Under the pieces are notes generated by a model, which did no database searches, had not been told where the DNA came from, and worked only from the letters and a program-made list of their open reading frames with translations. A program made the translations under genes and the position numbers. 64,000 bases of DNA, taken from positions 126,854,001 to 126,918,000 of the forward strand of contig CM059431.1 in NCBI GenBank assembly GCA_030390025.1, given 5' to 3'. The DNA comes from Squalus acanthias. Taxonomy: Eukaryota. Shown piece by piece: positions 49,903-62,060 of this stretch; the first letter of the stretch is position 1, and each line of letters starts with the position of its first letter.

Positions 49903-51685
49903 TTTCCACAATTCAACTCCTTCATATAAATTGCAGAGCCTTTGCAGTCTCCAGAAGAAACAAGGCTGCTTGCAGGCCTTAAATCAACAGCATTGATGAT
50001 GTCATCGGAGGTGACTTTCTGTATGAAAAGACTCATTGGGCCAGTGGTTCCCACACGCAGGAAATCAATTGCCCAATGAGGGGAAAATCCCACTTTTTCA
50101 ACACCTCACTTAGGAGTCGGGGTCCTGACACGATTTCCACTTGACACACCCCAGCCTGCCCACACTGACAAAATCCAGCCCTAAGTGTCATACTCCGACA
50201 TTGGCTGCGCTGAGGCCCCCCTCCTCCCACCCCGGCGCCACCCCCCTCCCCATAGCCAGTAATCAGGGAAATCAGTGAAACTGATGGAAAATTTGGCTTT
50301 TCCACGGTAATATTGCTGTTGAATACCTCATTAAAAGTCAGGCCTTGTTGGATTAGGTGTAACTGGGGTTTTAACAGTGTATTGACTGATAATCAAATGT
50401 TTTGGCCCTGAAAGACTCATTTTAATTTTGTGGAGTGCCAAATTTATCCATAATAATGAAAATTACAATTTTTAAGAAATTTAAAGAAATTACTTCTTGC
50501 CACAGAGATCGTGAGATCTGTGTGGGCAGCTTTCTTCGGGGCCAGCGGCGAACGCCTTTGCTCCGCCGCTGACCACAAATCCCGGGCCAATAAGTGGCTG
50601 GGTCTGGGGTTCACCTGAATAACTAATTAGGGCCATTTTAATTTGAATTGCAGAAAATCTACCTATTGTTCTATTAATGTGTCAATGGTTCGTAGCATCC
50701 ACCAGAGAATAATGTATCTCAATGTACCGTTCCTGAAGAGATCACTTTCAGGCTATATCACACAACTCTTTGAATGAGAAGGAGAGATTTTTCGCTGACT
50801 CCTCAGAGAAATGGACTGATCACAGTAGCCATAGCTGATCACACTTCTCCATAATCCCTGTAACCCATCAAAGGACAGACACAGCATTTCACATGGGAAA
50901 ACTTGACTCCTCATTGAGTGAATATTTGGCATTGTAATGCAATGCCTCAGATATTTATACTGGACGGAGGTGGGGCTGGGTGGTGCAGGGACTCACAATG
51001 AAGATGAGCTAAATTGCTGAACATTGCACAAAATAGCCATCGACAGAGGCCTCACCGTGATCCTAAGTGAAGAGCAGCAGCAGGCCAATGGAAGACTAAG
51101 AAAACCATGGTGCACAGCAGGGACAAGTAGCAGAGCAGCCACTGCAGTGCATGAGGTTGTTTTAATAAAATCTGTAATTAATCCTATTTATAATGACAGA
51201 ACTACCGTTGCCATACCTGTTTAGATTTTGCTCAGTACTGAATATGTTCAGTTTGCGTTATCATTTGACAACATACACTTCCTTTTCTGCACAATAAAAA
51301 ATGTTAGACTTCAAGACATGAGCTTCGATCTCCAGTATTGTAGGCATTGGTTGAGCAAGTGGGAGTTGAAGAAGTGGAGGATTTGGTGTCAGCGTTGGTT
51401 CTGTGTTAGCTCTCTTGCCTCTGAATCAGAAGGTTGTGGATTCAAGACCCTCTCCAGAGACTTGAGTATATAATCTAGGCTGGCAGTACTGAGGGAGTGC
51501 TGCATTGCCAGAAATGCCATCTTTTGGATGGGATGAAATGTTAAACCAAGGCTCCAGCTGGACTCTGAGGTGGATGTAAAAGATCCTACGACACTATTTG
51601 CAGAAGGGATGGGGAATTTTTCCGGTGTACTAGCCTTTATTTATTCCTCACCCAACATCACTTTAAACAAATTATTGTGTCATTA

Positions 51686-52367
51686 GTGTACTGTATTCGC
51701 TGCTCATGATGCGGTCTCCTCTACATTGGGGAGACCAAAGGCAGATTGGGCGACCGCTTTGCGGAACACCTCCGTTCAGTCCGTAAACGAGCCTCCAGTC
51801 GCCTGGCACTTTAATTCTCCGCTCCACTCCCACTCTGACCTCTCCGTCCTCGACCTCTTACACTGTTCCAATGAAGCTCAACGTAAGCTCGAGGAACAGC
51901 ACCTCATCTTTCGATTAGGCACTTTACAGCCTTCTGGACTCAACATCGAGTTCAACCATTTCAGACCATAAGCTCTGCCCCTATTTTTTTTTCACATGGC
52001 AGCTGTTGATGATTCTGCCATCCCCATTTACACTTCATCTAGAGTCATCTTTTGTTTCTTAACTTGTCCCATTACCATCTCCTTTTCCCTTGCACCATCA
52101 TCCCTTTTGTTTTTTTAATCACTCCTGTCTTCCACCCTATCACAGACTTTCCCTTTTGGCTTATCATCCCCTCCCCCCTTTCCCTGCTGCTGCACTTGCT
52201 TAAAAATCTGTTACATCTCTAACTTTTTCCAGTTCTGACGAAAGGTCATCGACCTGAAACATTAACTCTGTTTCTCTCTCCACAGATGCTGCCTGACCTG
52301 CTGAGTATTTCCAGCAATTCCTGTTGTTATTTCAGATTTCCAGCATCCGCAGTATTTTCCTTGGTGC
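51686..52367 (+). mobile_element. 5'-truncated Penelope-like element (GIY-YIG end plus pLTR)
   Basis: VYCIRCS..LYIGETK..FAEHLRSV; 10-bp TSD TGTGTCATTA at 51676-51685 and 52368-52377. Confidence 0.92.
52231..52267 (+). ncRNA. Minimal hammerhead ribozyme motif (stem III ACGT mutated to ACAT)
   Basis: AGTT-CTGACGA-A-AGGTC ATC GACCT-GAAACAT-T-AACT. Confidence 0.65.
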
Positions 52368-53044
52368 TGTGTCATTAATCTCATTGCTGTATGTGGGACT
52401 TTGCTTTTGCGGAAATTGGCTGCTGTGTTTCTTCACATTACAACACATCGAAAATACTTCATTGGCTGTGAAGTACTTTGGAATGCCCTGAGGTTGTATA
52501 AGGCACAATGTAAAATAAAGTTCTTTCTAAGGCTGTAGGCTTGTTTTTCACTCAATTTGTACTGCGTGTGATTTCCTGGTGGCATAAAAAATAACCACAG
52601 AAGAGACTCATTAAAGCCCCAAAGTAAATGCCATTTAATGTAAATAGTTGCCAGCTATGACAGCCTGGCTTTTCACTGGGAATGTGCTGATAGTTTTCCA
52701 TGTCGATATTAAATGGATACTAGAGGAAAGACTGGTTGTTTTTTTTGCGAGAGGGATTCTTAAATATGCTCCTCTGTTTCTTGTTTCTTTTTGTTTTGGT
52801 TTCTTTTTGCTGCATTTTTGCTGTTGCATTATTTGTAGCTTTTTTTTTTACCCTTTTGTTAAATTTTTCTGCTTTTTCCCCACCTGTTTTTCCCACCGTA
52901 TTATTAGCAACAATAAAAATGTGATTGTAATATTCAAATATTGCTTTTGCACTCAGAGATTTGAAAGAGGAAGATGAATTTCTTAACTGATAGCATAAAA
53001 AAGTGCAATTATACCTGAGGCATTCAACTCTCACCTGCTCTTAT

Positions 53045-54800
53045 ATCAGGACCCAGGTCTATAGACCTAGGCAGAGCTAATAGGATGTGTCAAAGAAAAC
53101 TTACCTTTGCTGTCTGTCTATGCTTCATGACAAAGGCAGTGACTGATTTATGGCATCTACTTGACCGGTCCTTGAAACAAAATTAACCACAGGGACATCT
53201 CTGCCGGTGGATGTGAAGGTGATGACAGCTTTGAATTTCTATGCCACTGGATCATTTCAAGCCACCATCAGTGATAGCTGCCAAATAAATTAGTCCAGGG
53301 TATTCCAATCCATCAACCATGTGACAGAATCATCATTTGCCAGGAGGAACACTTTCATTACATTCCCCATGGAAAGCAGGTTGCAGCACACAGTCGCATG
53401 CGCTTTTACCAGACGGCAGGCTTTCCTGAAGCATCGGGCATCATGAGTGGCAAATACGCAGTCATCCACACCATTACTGCCAACACCATGCCATTCATGA
53501 TCAGAAAGGGGTTTAATTCAATTAATGCATGGTCACCCTGTGACCATAGGCACCAAGTAATGCAGATCAGTAATCCGTACTGTGATAGCAGTCATGATGC
53601 TTTCATTTCGTGTCATCCACCAAGCCATTATTACTTAAAGGAGGAGGGAGATTTTACGTATAGCTTTTCAGGGACAAAGGGGGAAAAATTGAGTCACGCC
53701 CCCTTTGGGGCACTAACTTTGCCTGGGTGCTACTTTTAGCGCCCCTGAAAATATTAGCGCCCCCCGTGGCCGAAATTCATCTGTAGTGCCCCAAGAGGGA
53801 AGCGGAGCACTACTGGAAGCGCCCCGCCTCCCTCTTGGGGTGCTGTGAGGGAATATCGCGCCGCGGTACTGCAGGCCTTCCTCCCCTTCTTAAAGGGGAG
53901 GGGCCTTGCGCAGCGCGACCCGGGGCCCAGCTGGGCCACCAGGGATTGGAGTGCCAACAAAAGAGCCCAGCACTCAAGAGAAGTGCTGAGCTCACGGAGA
54001 ACAGCCGGCACTCCATGGGGGGGGCTTCTCAGAAGGCTGGGGATGGCAACGGGGGCAGGTGCTGGCAGGCGGACAGCAACAAAAATGGCCGCCTGGCACC
54101 TCGTCTTTAATTAGCGCTGCCCCGGCCGCAGGCAGGCCCCCCTGACCCCGTCAGACATAGCGTCTGGCGGTAAGTCAGGGGGCGCTACCGAAGATCGTGG
54201 CTGGGCGTGAGCGGGGCGCTGCGCACGGTGATGACATCATCAACAGTGGCGCAGTGCCGCGGGGTGCTAATGGTTGCCGCCGCCGCTAACCTCCCGCTGA
54301 ATTTTGTGGGAGGCGCTGGCAGCGCCGCGCCCGGGCACTAGTTGCTTTGCACCCCTAAGCGGGCGCTAACAGGAGGCTCAAAGCAACCGAATTTTTACCC
54401 CAAAGAATATACTCTACAGCCTTAGACAATGACTCCCTTCAGATACACATGAACAGCAGAAGAACAATCATGAGGCACATGCCTCCACCAGAATTCTTGT
54501 GGAACATACAATCAGCATGTTAAAATAGAGGTTCAGATGGTTAGACATACCAGGGGAAGTTCGACACTACAGCCTGGCCAAGGTGTCTAAGATCATGCCA
54601 GTATATTGCATCTTGCATAACTTCACCTTACAAAGAGGAATTATCATGCAGTAGAAGGATGAGGAAGCTCAGTTGCTACCATTAACAGAGAAGGATGATG
54701 AGATGAAGATGTAGCTGAAGAAACTGAAGCCGAGTTGCAGCAAGGAAGAGTAGTGTGCCATTCTCTCATTAATAGCATATTTACCATAGTACATAAGCTA
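53045..54800 (+). pseudogene. Harbinger (HARBI1-like) DDE transposase pseudogene split by a MITE
   Basis: LPVDVKVMTALNFYATGSFQ, GFP, RKGFNSIN, SHDAFI, GDK.Y, HASTR..E, K.RFR.LD, CILHN and an acidic tail; many stops. Confidence 0.88.
53679..54401 (-). mobile_element. Family B MITE, third copy
   Basis: TIRs GGGGGAAAAATT / AATTTTTACCCC; AAA TSD; homologous to 31404-32084. Confidence 0.9.
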
Positions 54801-55124
54801 GCCAATACATAACTAGTCCCGTCAACTTGTCCACAATGCAGTGCCCAATAAACACATGGCAACTATTATCATCTACCCTACCTCTACCACCTGCATTCCT
54901 ATATTTCCATTTGCTGCATCTTTATCTGCTACACAGAAAATGAATTCTCTGGACAAAGCTGAAATAAAGCGCAACCAATTTATTTTCCTACAAGTGAGCA
55001 ACATTGTTACCCCTTCACCATTCCCTTGATTCTACATTAACAAACATTGAAACCATTCATCCAAACTCTATATCAATGGCATTCTGACAATGCAGACTAA
55101 GAAGCTATAATGAAAATAAACTAT

Positions 55125-56912
55125 TGTAAGGGTTTTTGTCGTGCTTGTATCACAGACGGTGCTGGTGCGAGGTTAGGCCTTCGTTGCCTAATACTATTGC
55201 TTGCTCTGGTCTCCGGCCAGCCTTGTTGCAATAAGCACCTGTGAGTGGTTCGACCCACTCGCCCTTACGGTTCTAACACTGGACTTAGGTGCGAGAGCAG
55301 TAATGCAGAGAAAAACTCAAATAGACCCGGTTGAATAGTACGAAATGGAAATCTTTATTGCATAGCGTCCAAAATCATGAAGTACATGTCATAGGCGCAA
55401 ATTAACGAGAGTACAAGTATACATACATTCATAAAGCTTGGTCTATGGTAATGAAGAACGCACGGCACATCGTAAAAAGGGAAACACATTATACTTTATC
55501 CTTAATAAAACCACCCTCCCCTATCAATACCTACACTACATCTAGATTTGTAGGATCGGGAAACATGCTCACCACTCGTGATACTTCGGAGAATTTTAAA
55601 GTGAGGCACTCGGCACGTTCGCTGCAGCGCCTGACTGTCACGTGTTTGGAGGGGTCTCTGTACCCCACTTGTTTATCTTCGCTGCTGCGGCAAGCAGGCC
55701 GGGCTCCCCGTTGTCATGAAGAACTCGACAGAACTCGGGCCCGGTTGTAGAACTCAAAGAAAAGTCTTCCTGTACCGACACCAGTTGTCGGTAGAATTCA
55801 ATGAAGAGTCTTTCTTGTTGTTATGAGGAATTCGATGGACCCAAACCGGTTCGTGCAATAACCCGTAGAATTGAAGAAATGAGTTCTATATTTTCGGGCG
55901 TGGTCGGGGTTTACTGACCGCGGCGGCACGTGGATTCTTCTTCTTTTCTTGTCATTTCGTCTTGTCTTGTTGGGCCTTCGGGTCCAGACACCGTTTACCG
56001 ACTCTCGGAATGGTGCACCCGGTCACTTGCCCTTGTCGAGGTGGCTCGTTCCGATTGAGCTCCACCCAACATTCGAATAACCGTCCAGTACGGCTAAAAG
56101 TCCAGAGTCAACAGCGTCCAGCCCTAAAGAAGAGCTTCAGCCCGCGATCGAGCGAGTCAGGAGAATAAAAGTCGAATCAAGAGCATCAGCCGAGATAAGA
56201 GCAATAAGAGCCCGATGGACATTTGTTCACTATAGTTATAGTGCTGTGTTCCTTTATCTCCCGCTCAAATCTTAATGTTTGTCCTTTGTGAAATATTGGC
56301 GCTCAAAACTCCCAGCATGGGGCGATTCTTGTCTTTAACGGGTTTCGGTAGCACCTGAAACTGGCCAACTACCCGTTAATGTTTTTCCCCATTGTTGACC
56401 CAGCCAGGATTGTATGAATCGTCTCCCTGACTGGTTTTGGGGGCCCCCGAATATTAGTTTAATCACCCGTCGATGTCTCTCTCATTGTAGAGCCGTGGGG
56501 GTATTTGTGTATTGATGTGTCTGGATAGGCCTTCGATTGCCCAGTACAATGGTCCTTACTTGTGCATGGAAAATGATTCCAGCACTTATATCTTTTGCTA
56601 TTGTCACAAATGCAAACAGGTTGCATCCTGTCTTTATCAGTGTTTATCGAGTATGATCCAGTCTTATATTGAAATGTTTATTCGAACGCCATCTTGTCTG
56701 CCCACTGTAATTCTGGAAGCTTCTGCCACGATGCGCGGCAGCCATTTTACAGGCTTCTGTGTCCTTTATATCAGGACAGCATTTCGTTTAAATAAACTGA
56801 TCAAACGAATCTGCTTCTATCTTGTTATTTCGAATCGCGATAATTGCGAAACTTTTCACTATACACCAAAGTGCCAAATGTGATAACGGTGTTGATTTTA
56901 ATTCCGAATACA
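55125..56912 (-). mobile_element. Probable long (1.79 kb) solo LTR of an ERV or LTR retrotransposon
   Basis: TGTA..TACA termini; 4-bp TSD CTAT/GTAT; CpG-rich; minus-strand TATA-like motif near 56235 and AATAAA near 55355; no coding homology seen. Confidence 0.65.
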
Positions 56913-56937
56913 GTATTGTAGTGAATTCTTTTGTCAC

Positions 56938-58880
56938 CTAAGTCATCAACCCACAGCGCTTTTCCCTAAAAGGAGGCTTACTAACTAATCTACTTTTCCG
57001 AGGTGCTCTCCCCAGTGGCTTCAGCAGTGCTAGTGGAAGGCTGCCGTTGCTCATATGCAAACCCTTGAGATGCTCGTGGCTGGAAAATTCTGGGAGCTCA
57101 AGTCTCTGATGGCCCAGCTTCAGACTGCAGCACTTCAACTGCTGCCGGGGCAGTCTGGGCCTGCTGACTTTCTGTTGGTATTGCTTGAGTGGGTGGTGAG
57201 GGAGAAGACATGCTGACACCGTGAGAGAGGGCAACACATGCCACTCCTGCTGCGCCATCGCCACTGCCATCAGGCTGGGGGGCATTAATTCCACTCATCT
57301 GCAGGAGAGCAAACTGAAGAAGATGAATGACGCCTTCAAAGCCCTAACCATGAGTTCCACCAAACTTGCCAATGTATACGATTTTCTTTCCAAGGTGGTG
57401 TACAACTTTCACTCTAGAGCCTGCAGCTGCCATGAACATTGACTCTTGTCGTGAGGACCCAGCTGCAACGTCCCTGGTGTTGGCCGAAGACTCCAAGGTA
57501 GATTATGGGGTGCTGATACCATGCGAGATGACAGCACACAGACTGGAAGTGAACTCCAGCACACTTTCAGCTATTGGTGGTGAAACTCCATGGCAGGTCT
57601 TCCAATACCTCATGGAAATGCTTGTGTGAAACAAGCAGCTTTCTTCTTATTGCTGGGTCCTTTAAGTCCGCATCTCTGACTGTGTCAGTAGAGCTGGGAG
57701 AGGACTGCATCCTCCACCAAGCTGTCCATGCCAGCAGTAGCTGCTGCTGCTCAGTAGTGCTGGTTGCATCACCACGTGCAGACCCCTCTAACTCAATCTT
57801 TAACCCAGCTGCATTGTCAGTCTCTGTGCTGGTGCTTGGCAGTGATGCAATACATGACAGTGCCTCCTCAGAAAGGTTCATTTCCTCTGAGCTGTTTTCT
57901 TCTGTGGTCTGTGGCTGTGAGAAGGAGCGAGAGAAAAGAGAAAAGGGAGAAGAATTTGCGTGGCCCTGACAGACTGGACAGTAGCAGATGACAGGCATCA
58001 CAGTGCAGCTTAATGTCGTCAAGCTGTGTGATTGTGCATTTTTCGGAGGTTCATGGAGGAGTGCCAGTAACATTTGGAGACCCTGTTCAGAGAAGCCCCT
58101 GGCCTTGAAATGTCCTATTCTAACAGCTCTGGAGGGGCACTGATTTCCAAGTCTTGCTGCTCTAGCTCAGAAAGGTTCATGCTGTTGGCTGGTCCTCCCC
58201 CTGGTTTCAGTCCTCTCCCTTGTGTTGAGCGCTGCCTTGTCCTGCAGAGAGGGCAAGAGTTAGTGCGGGTCTGCTGAAAAGGAGAGTGCAGATAAGTGGG
58301 GTTTCTGTTTATTGTGCACATGCTGAGAGGGAGAAGAAATAAATTGGAATCAGGATGAGGTGTTAGATGTGCGGTGCGGAGAGTGAAGTAACGAAGGAGC
58401 CATGAGAGACGTTGATGATTGTGTAAAGGCTACTAAGTGAAAAGAGAATGGTGCTAGTGGCTGCTGTGAAGGGAGCAAGGAAGAAATGAGTGTGTGTTTG
58501 TAATGAGAATGAGAGGTAGTAAAATGAGTCCCTGTGCTGGGGGGTGAAGGATATGATGGAGGGGAGGGAATTGTTGAGTGTGCCGCGGGAGGAGAGAAAG
58601 AACTGTTGCCATGTGTTATTGACAGATATGGAGAAATTAAAAGCTGTACTCACCTTCCTTCACTGCATCCAGGACCTAGGGGTGATTCATCTGCAGCTGA
58701 CAATCTCAGCAATCTCTCGCCATGCCTGTTGCACTTGGTGTTTAGAGATCATCCTCCCACCGAAAGAGTACTTCCTTCTTCGCAGTGACCTCTTCTAGTA
58801 GGACATCCAGGGAGGTTTCAGAGAACTTGGGAATTGCCTGCGACTCATCTTGAAGCTCTTTCTTCCTGCAGCGCTCCACA
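56938..58880 (-). pseudogene. Harbinger Myb/SANT gene (3 exons, decayed), convergent partner of the 53-kb transposase; element end near 59125
   Basis: IPKFSETSLDVLLEEV..KEVLF; GTGAGT donor at 58653; PGGGPA..LSELEQ exon; acidic exon 3; TIR-like TTAAAATCGAGCC. Confidence 0.75.
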
Positions 58881-60699
58881 GCAAAATCAGACAAATGGCA
58901 ATATAACTTATAGAGGTACATTGCCACTTTAAATAGACGTCTGACTGACGTGCAGGATATTGCGCCCCGGAAGTGGACGTTTATTTCCAGTGTGTCAGCA
59001 AATCGGGCGTAACACCCATTCATGTGATTCTAATGCGGCCGTGAAGTTATAGTACTCCGGGCCTGTTTTTTGGTGCAGCGAGTGACTGCCCATCCAAAAC
59101 TGGCCTGGAGTTAAAATCGAGCCTGATGTTTTCGCATCAATCTGTATAAGAATTAACACTTTTAAATTCAGGTCCATATATGCATACCATTATCATTTTA
59201 AAACAGTTTGACTTTGCATTTGGAAGTTCATCTATTTTACTGCATCTATTTAACTTAAATCCACATTTGTTGCTACTTTACACCTACAGTTTGCCTTATT
59301 GATGTTCTTTTTCAAGCCATAATAACTCTTTCAGACCTCTTTACAAGACTTTGCAGTAGCCAACCTCCTAATAATATCTACCCAGAAATGTCATCATGTT
59401 TTTTCAAATAGGTTGGACCTCCCAGCTACAGTCTGAGAAATGGATTTTCCTAACATTTTGTCAAGACATTTGTAACTGCTTCAGCATTTTTTATTGCACA
59501 TTCTAAAGCTGCATTAACTACATTCTCAACATTTGTATGAGTTATGTAGCTCATTAGCTGCTTGAGACCTGTAAGATAGACATTAATACAGGTAAGCTAT
59601 GATTGGCCATTTTTCTGTTACTAACGTTATCAAATTTGCATTATATCAAATTACGAGCACTTGTTATTTTGGTTGATGGCTTTTAAACTTGACCAAATTT
59701 GGGTAATTATTCTTTTTTGAGAAAAAGAGGAATTGTATCTTTTAGTGCTTCATAGCTTCTTGATTTAAGTGGCAACATTATCTTTGTTGTTCGTCTGATA
59801 AATCTTTTCCAATATCTCTGGCTTTTACAAGTTCAGTGACTGAAAGTAGACACAATTATTGTCTATACTATCAGTCATGTTTTATAGGTCATTTCCTTTG
59901 ACTTACAAAGTTACTGCTACATTCGTTTTCCTTGGTTACTGCTGCTATAAGATAACAATTTCAATTTATGGTTAACTAGCACACTTGCACTTTTTAAAAA
60001 TCATACTTAAATTATATTTAACAATACATTCCTCATTCTCCAGATTTCTCATTTAGGCACTGATATGCATTCTCTGGATTTTCTTCAATGTTAAATCCAA
60101 TGTTCTATTCATCTGCTGGAGTGTTCCGGATTAGTGGTTCTCTTTGAAAGATATCCTCTTCAGAATGTTCTGCTTTCCCACAATAATTTGTTGTCACCTC
60201 CAACTTAAACATTCTACTTACAACACTTTTGACAAGGACATAAATATTATGAACAGCAGAGATCCCACTACGAATCACAGATGCTCAATTATCTATATCC
60301 ATAGTTACCATCTGTTTCCTGTTATCCAGCCAATGAATAATCTAATTTGCAGCTTCAACTTAAATCTGATGAGTTTCCATTTTAGCTCCTCTTTGGTACC
60401 TTTGCAAAAAGTGGATAGTATTCAGTACCTCATTTATCAACACTGCTACAATTAATTTAAGGAACAAATTATTAGATATGACCTGCTTTTATAGACCCAT
60501 TAATTGTCTTTCCTGTTGCTAGATTCTTTTGAATTGCTTCCTTTGTAACTGATTCTAGTATTCTGCTAATATACAGGGCCAACAGTCCTCCATTTATAAA
60601 ACTGTATGAAAAGTGAAAATGTGTAAAGACTGCCTGAATATTGGGAGAGAATGGCAAACAGTAATTCTATGTTCTGAAAATTCCTATCCCTCAAAAACA

Positions 60700-61550
60700 C
60701 AATGGCCTTTAACTTGGCACATGTAACACCCATTTTTCAGGCACTACGTGGCTTTCTATGTCCTCAAAGTGGCGGGTAGGAAGTGCGCACACACTGCTGA
60801 CACCGCCCGCCTTATTGGGTAAGGACAAACAAGAGATGTCCTTTACCCACACCTGAAGTTGGTGTTAGGCTCTTTGCATATGCAACTAAGGGGCCTGAAG
60901 CCCACTAGAGGTCCCCGCTGCAAGATTGGTTTGCTAGCTGCACTCAGTGAAACCAACCCTATAGCATGCTTGCAACAAAAAAGGTAAGTTACTTACCTCT
61001 GAATATGGAGCCAGGAGGAGCAGTGCCTCCTGATCACCACCACTCCAGGCCCTCTAGGCCACAAGGTCCCGACCCCTGACCTACCTGCCCCTGACCCCCC
61101 GGACTTGAGATCCCCTACTTCCCTCCTCCCTCCCTCCCCCGGCCCAAGCGCTTACCCCGCAGGCCACTACTGGCTGTTGCTACTCCCTCCTACCAGGCTA
61201 CCAATCCTCTCCCTCGGATCCCACAATCCCCCCAGGCTACCGATCCCTCCCCTGATTCCTACAATCCCCCCAAGGCCCGCAATCCCCCCGGAATCCAACT
61301 ATCCCTCCCTGAAGCCATCACTTACCTGTGGGCTGCTGTGACTCTTGCAGTGGCCCAATCTTTGTTTACTTCTCTTCCTTGAGCTCCTCCCGCATTGCCA
61401 TCTTCAGTATAATGAGGTCCAAGACCCAATATCTGGGGCTCCTTAGACCTCTTTTATGCAACAGGGGCCTTCCAGACACCCACAGAGGAAATCTCAGAAG
61501 TCACTCGCTTTGTCATGTACTAGACCATTAAGGAGGTAACTGAAGCCTTG
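60700..61550. mobile_element. Probable MITE with C-rich central repeats
   Basis: GGCGGG/CCCGCC subterminal motifs, splice-donor-like motifs and a CAATCCC-rich centre as in the other MITEs. Confidence 0.45.
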
Positions 61551-61864
61551 GGCCTCCATGCACCCCGCTATATATATCTCAGCAAGAATGAGTAGTAGAC
61601 CAGCTACGACAGGTAGAGACAGCTATGCGAGGGTCTCTTTGCCCAGTGAGCTTTGCAATTGGACACAATTGTTTTCTCTTGGATGTATTTACAATTATAG
61701 AGCTAATTTTGCCAAACCTATTTCTTTTGAACAAAATGCAAAATACTGCTGATACTGGGAAACTGAATTGTTTTTTGCTGTATACTGCATGGGGTGAGAT
61801 TCCTTCTGTTAATAATTTTGCTTAAAAGATTGCTTTATGTACAAAATGGGAAATTCTGTTTTTA

Positions 61865-62060
61865 TGCCCAGGTGAACTAGTGTGTGCAGTTCTGGCTGAT
61901 ATATGACAGGAAAGATGTGGCAGTGGAAAAGGTACAGCAAAAGGTTACTTGTCTACTTATCTGATTTATCATCTGAGCTCCAGGAAGAGAATGCAGAAGT
62001 TGAGTTTGCTTACACTATAGAAGACTGAAAGAGAATCTTATTGAGGTATTCAAGATCCTT
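61865..62060 (+). mobile_element. Old CR1 RT fragment
   Basis: CVQFW..RKDV..EKVQ..LIEVFKI-like decayed frames. Confidence 0.6.

Larger units (their letters stand above)
43296..50181. mobile_element. Complete non-autonomous PIF/Harbinger element (deleted transposase, retained Myb/SANT gene) with an RTE insertion
   Basis: TIRs GGGCTCGATTTTGCC / GACAAAATCCAGCCC (13/15 match); TAA TSD on both sides; convergent two-gene layout. Confidence 0.85.
51390..52528 (+). mobile_element. Deu-domain SINE (SacSINE1-like) split by a Penelope insertion
   Basis: tRNA-like head (..GAAGGTTGTGGATTCAAGACCC), Deu core and L2-like tail. Confidence 0.8.

Noticed and set aside
52635..53034. Hydrophobic or Lys-rich ORFs
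   Set aside because: Artefacts of T-rich low-complexity sequence
53045..54800. Host HARBI1 gene, or NAIF1/MSANTD for the Myb copies
   Set aside because: Multiple stops and frameshifts in most copies, TIR-bounded transposon context and several paralogous copies
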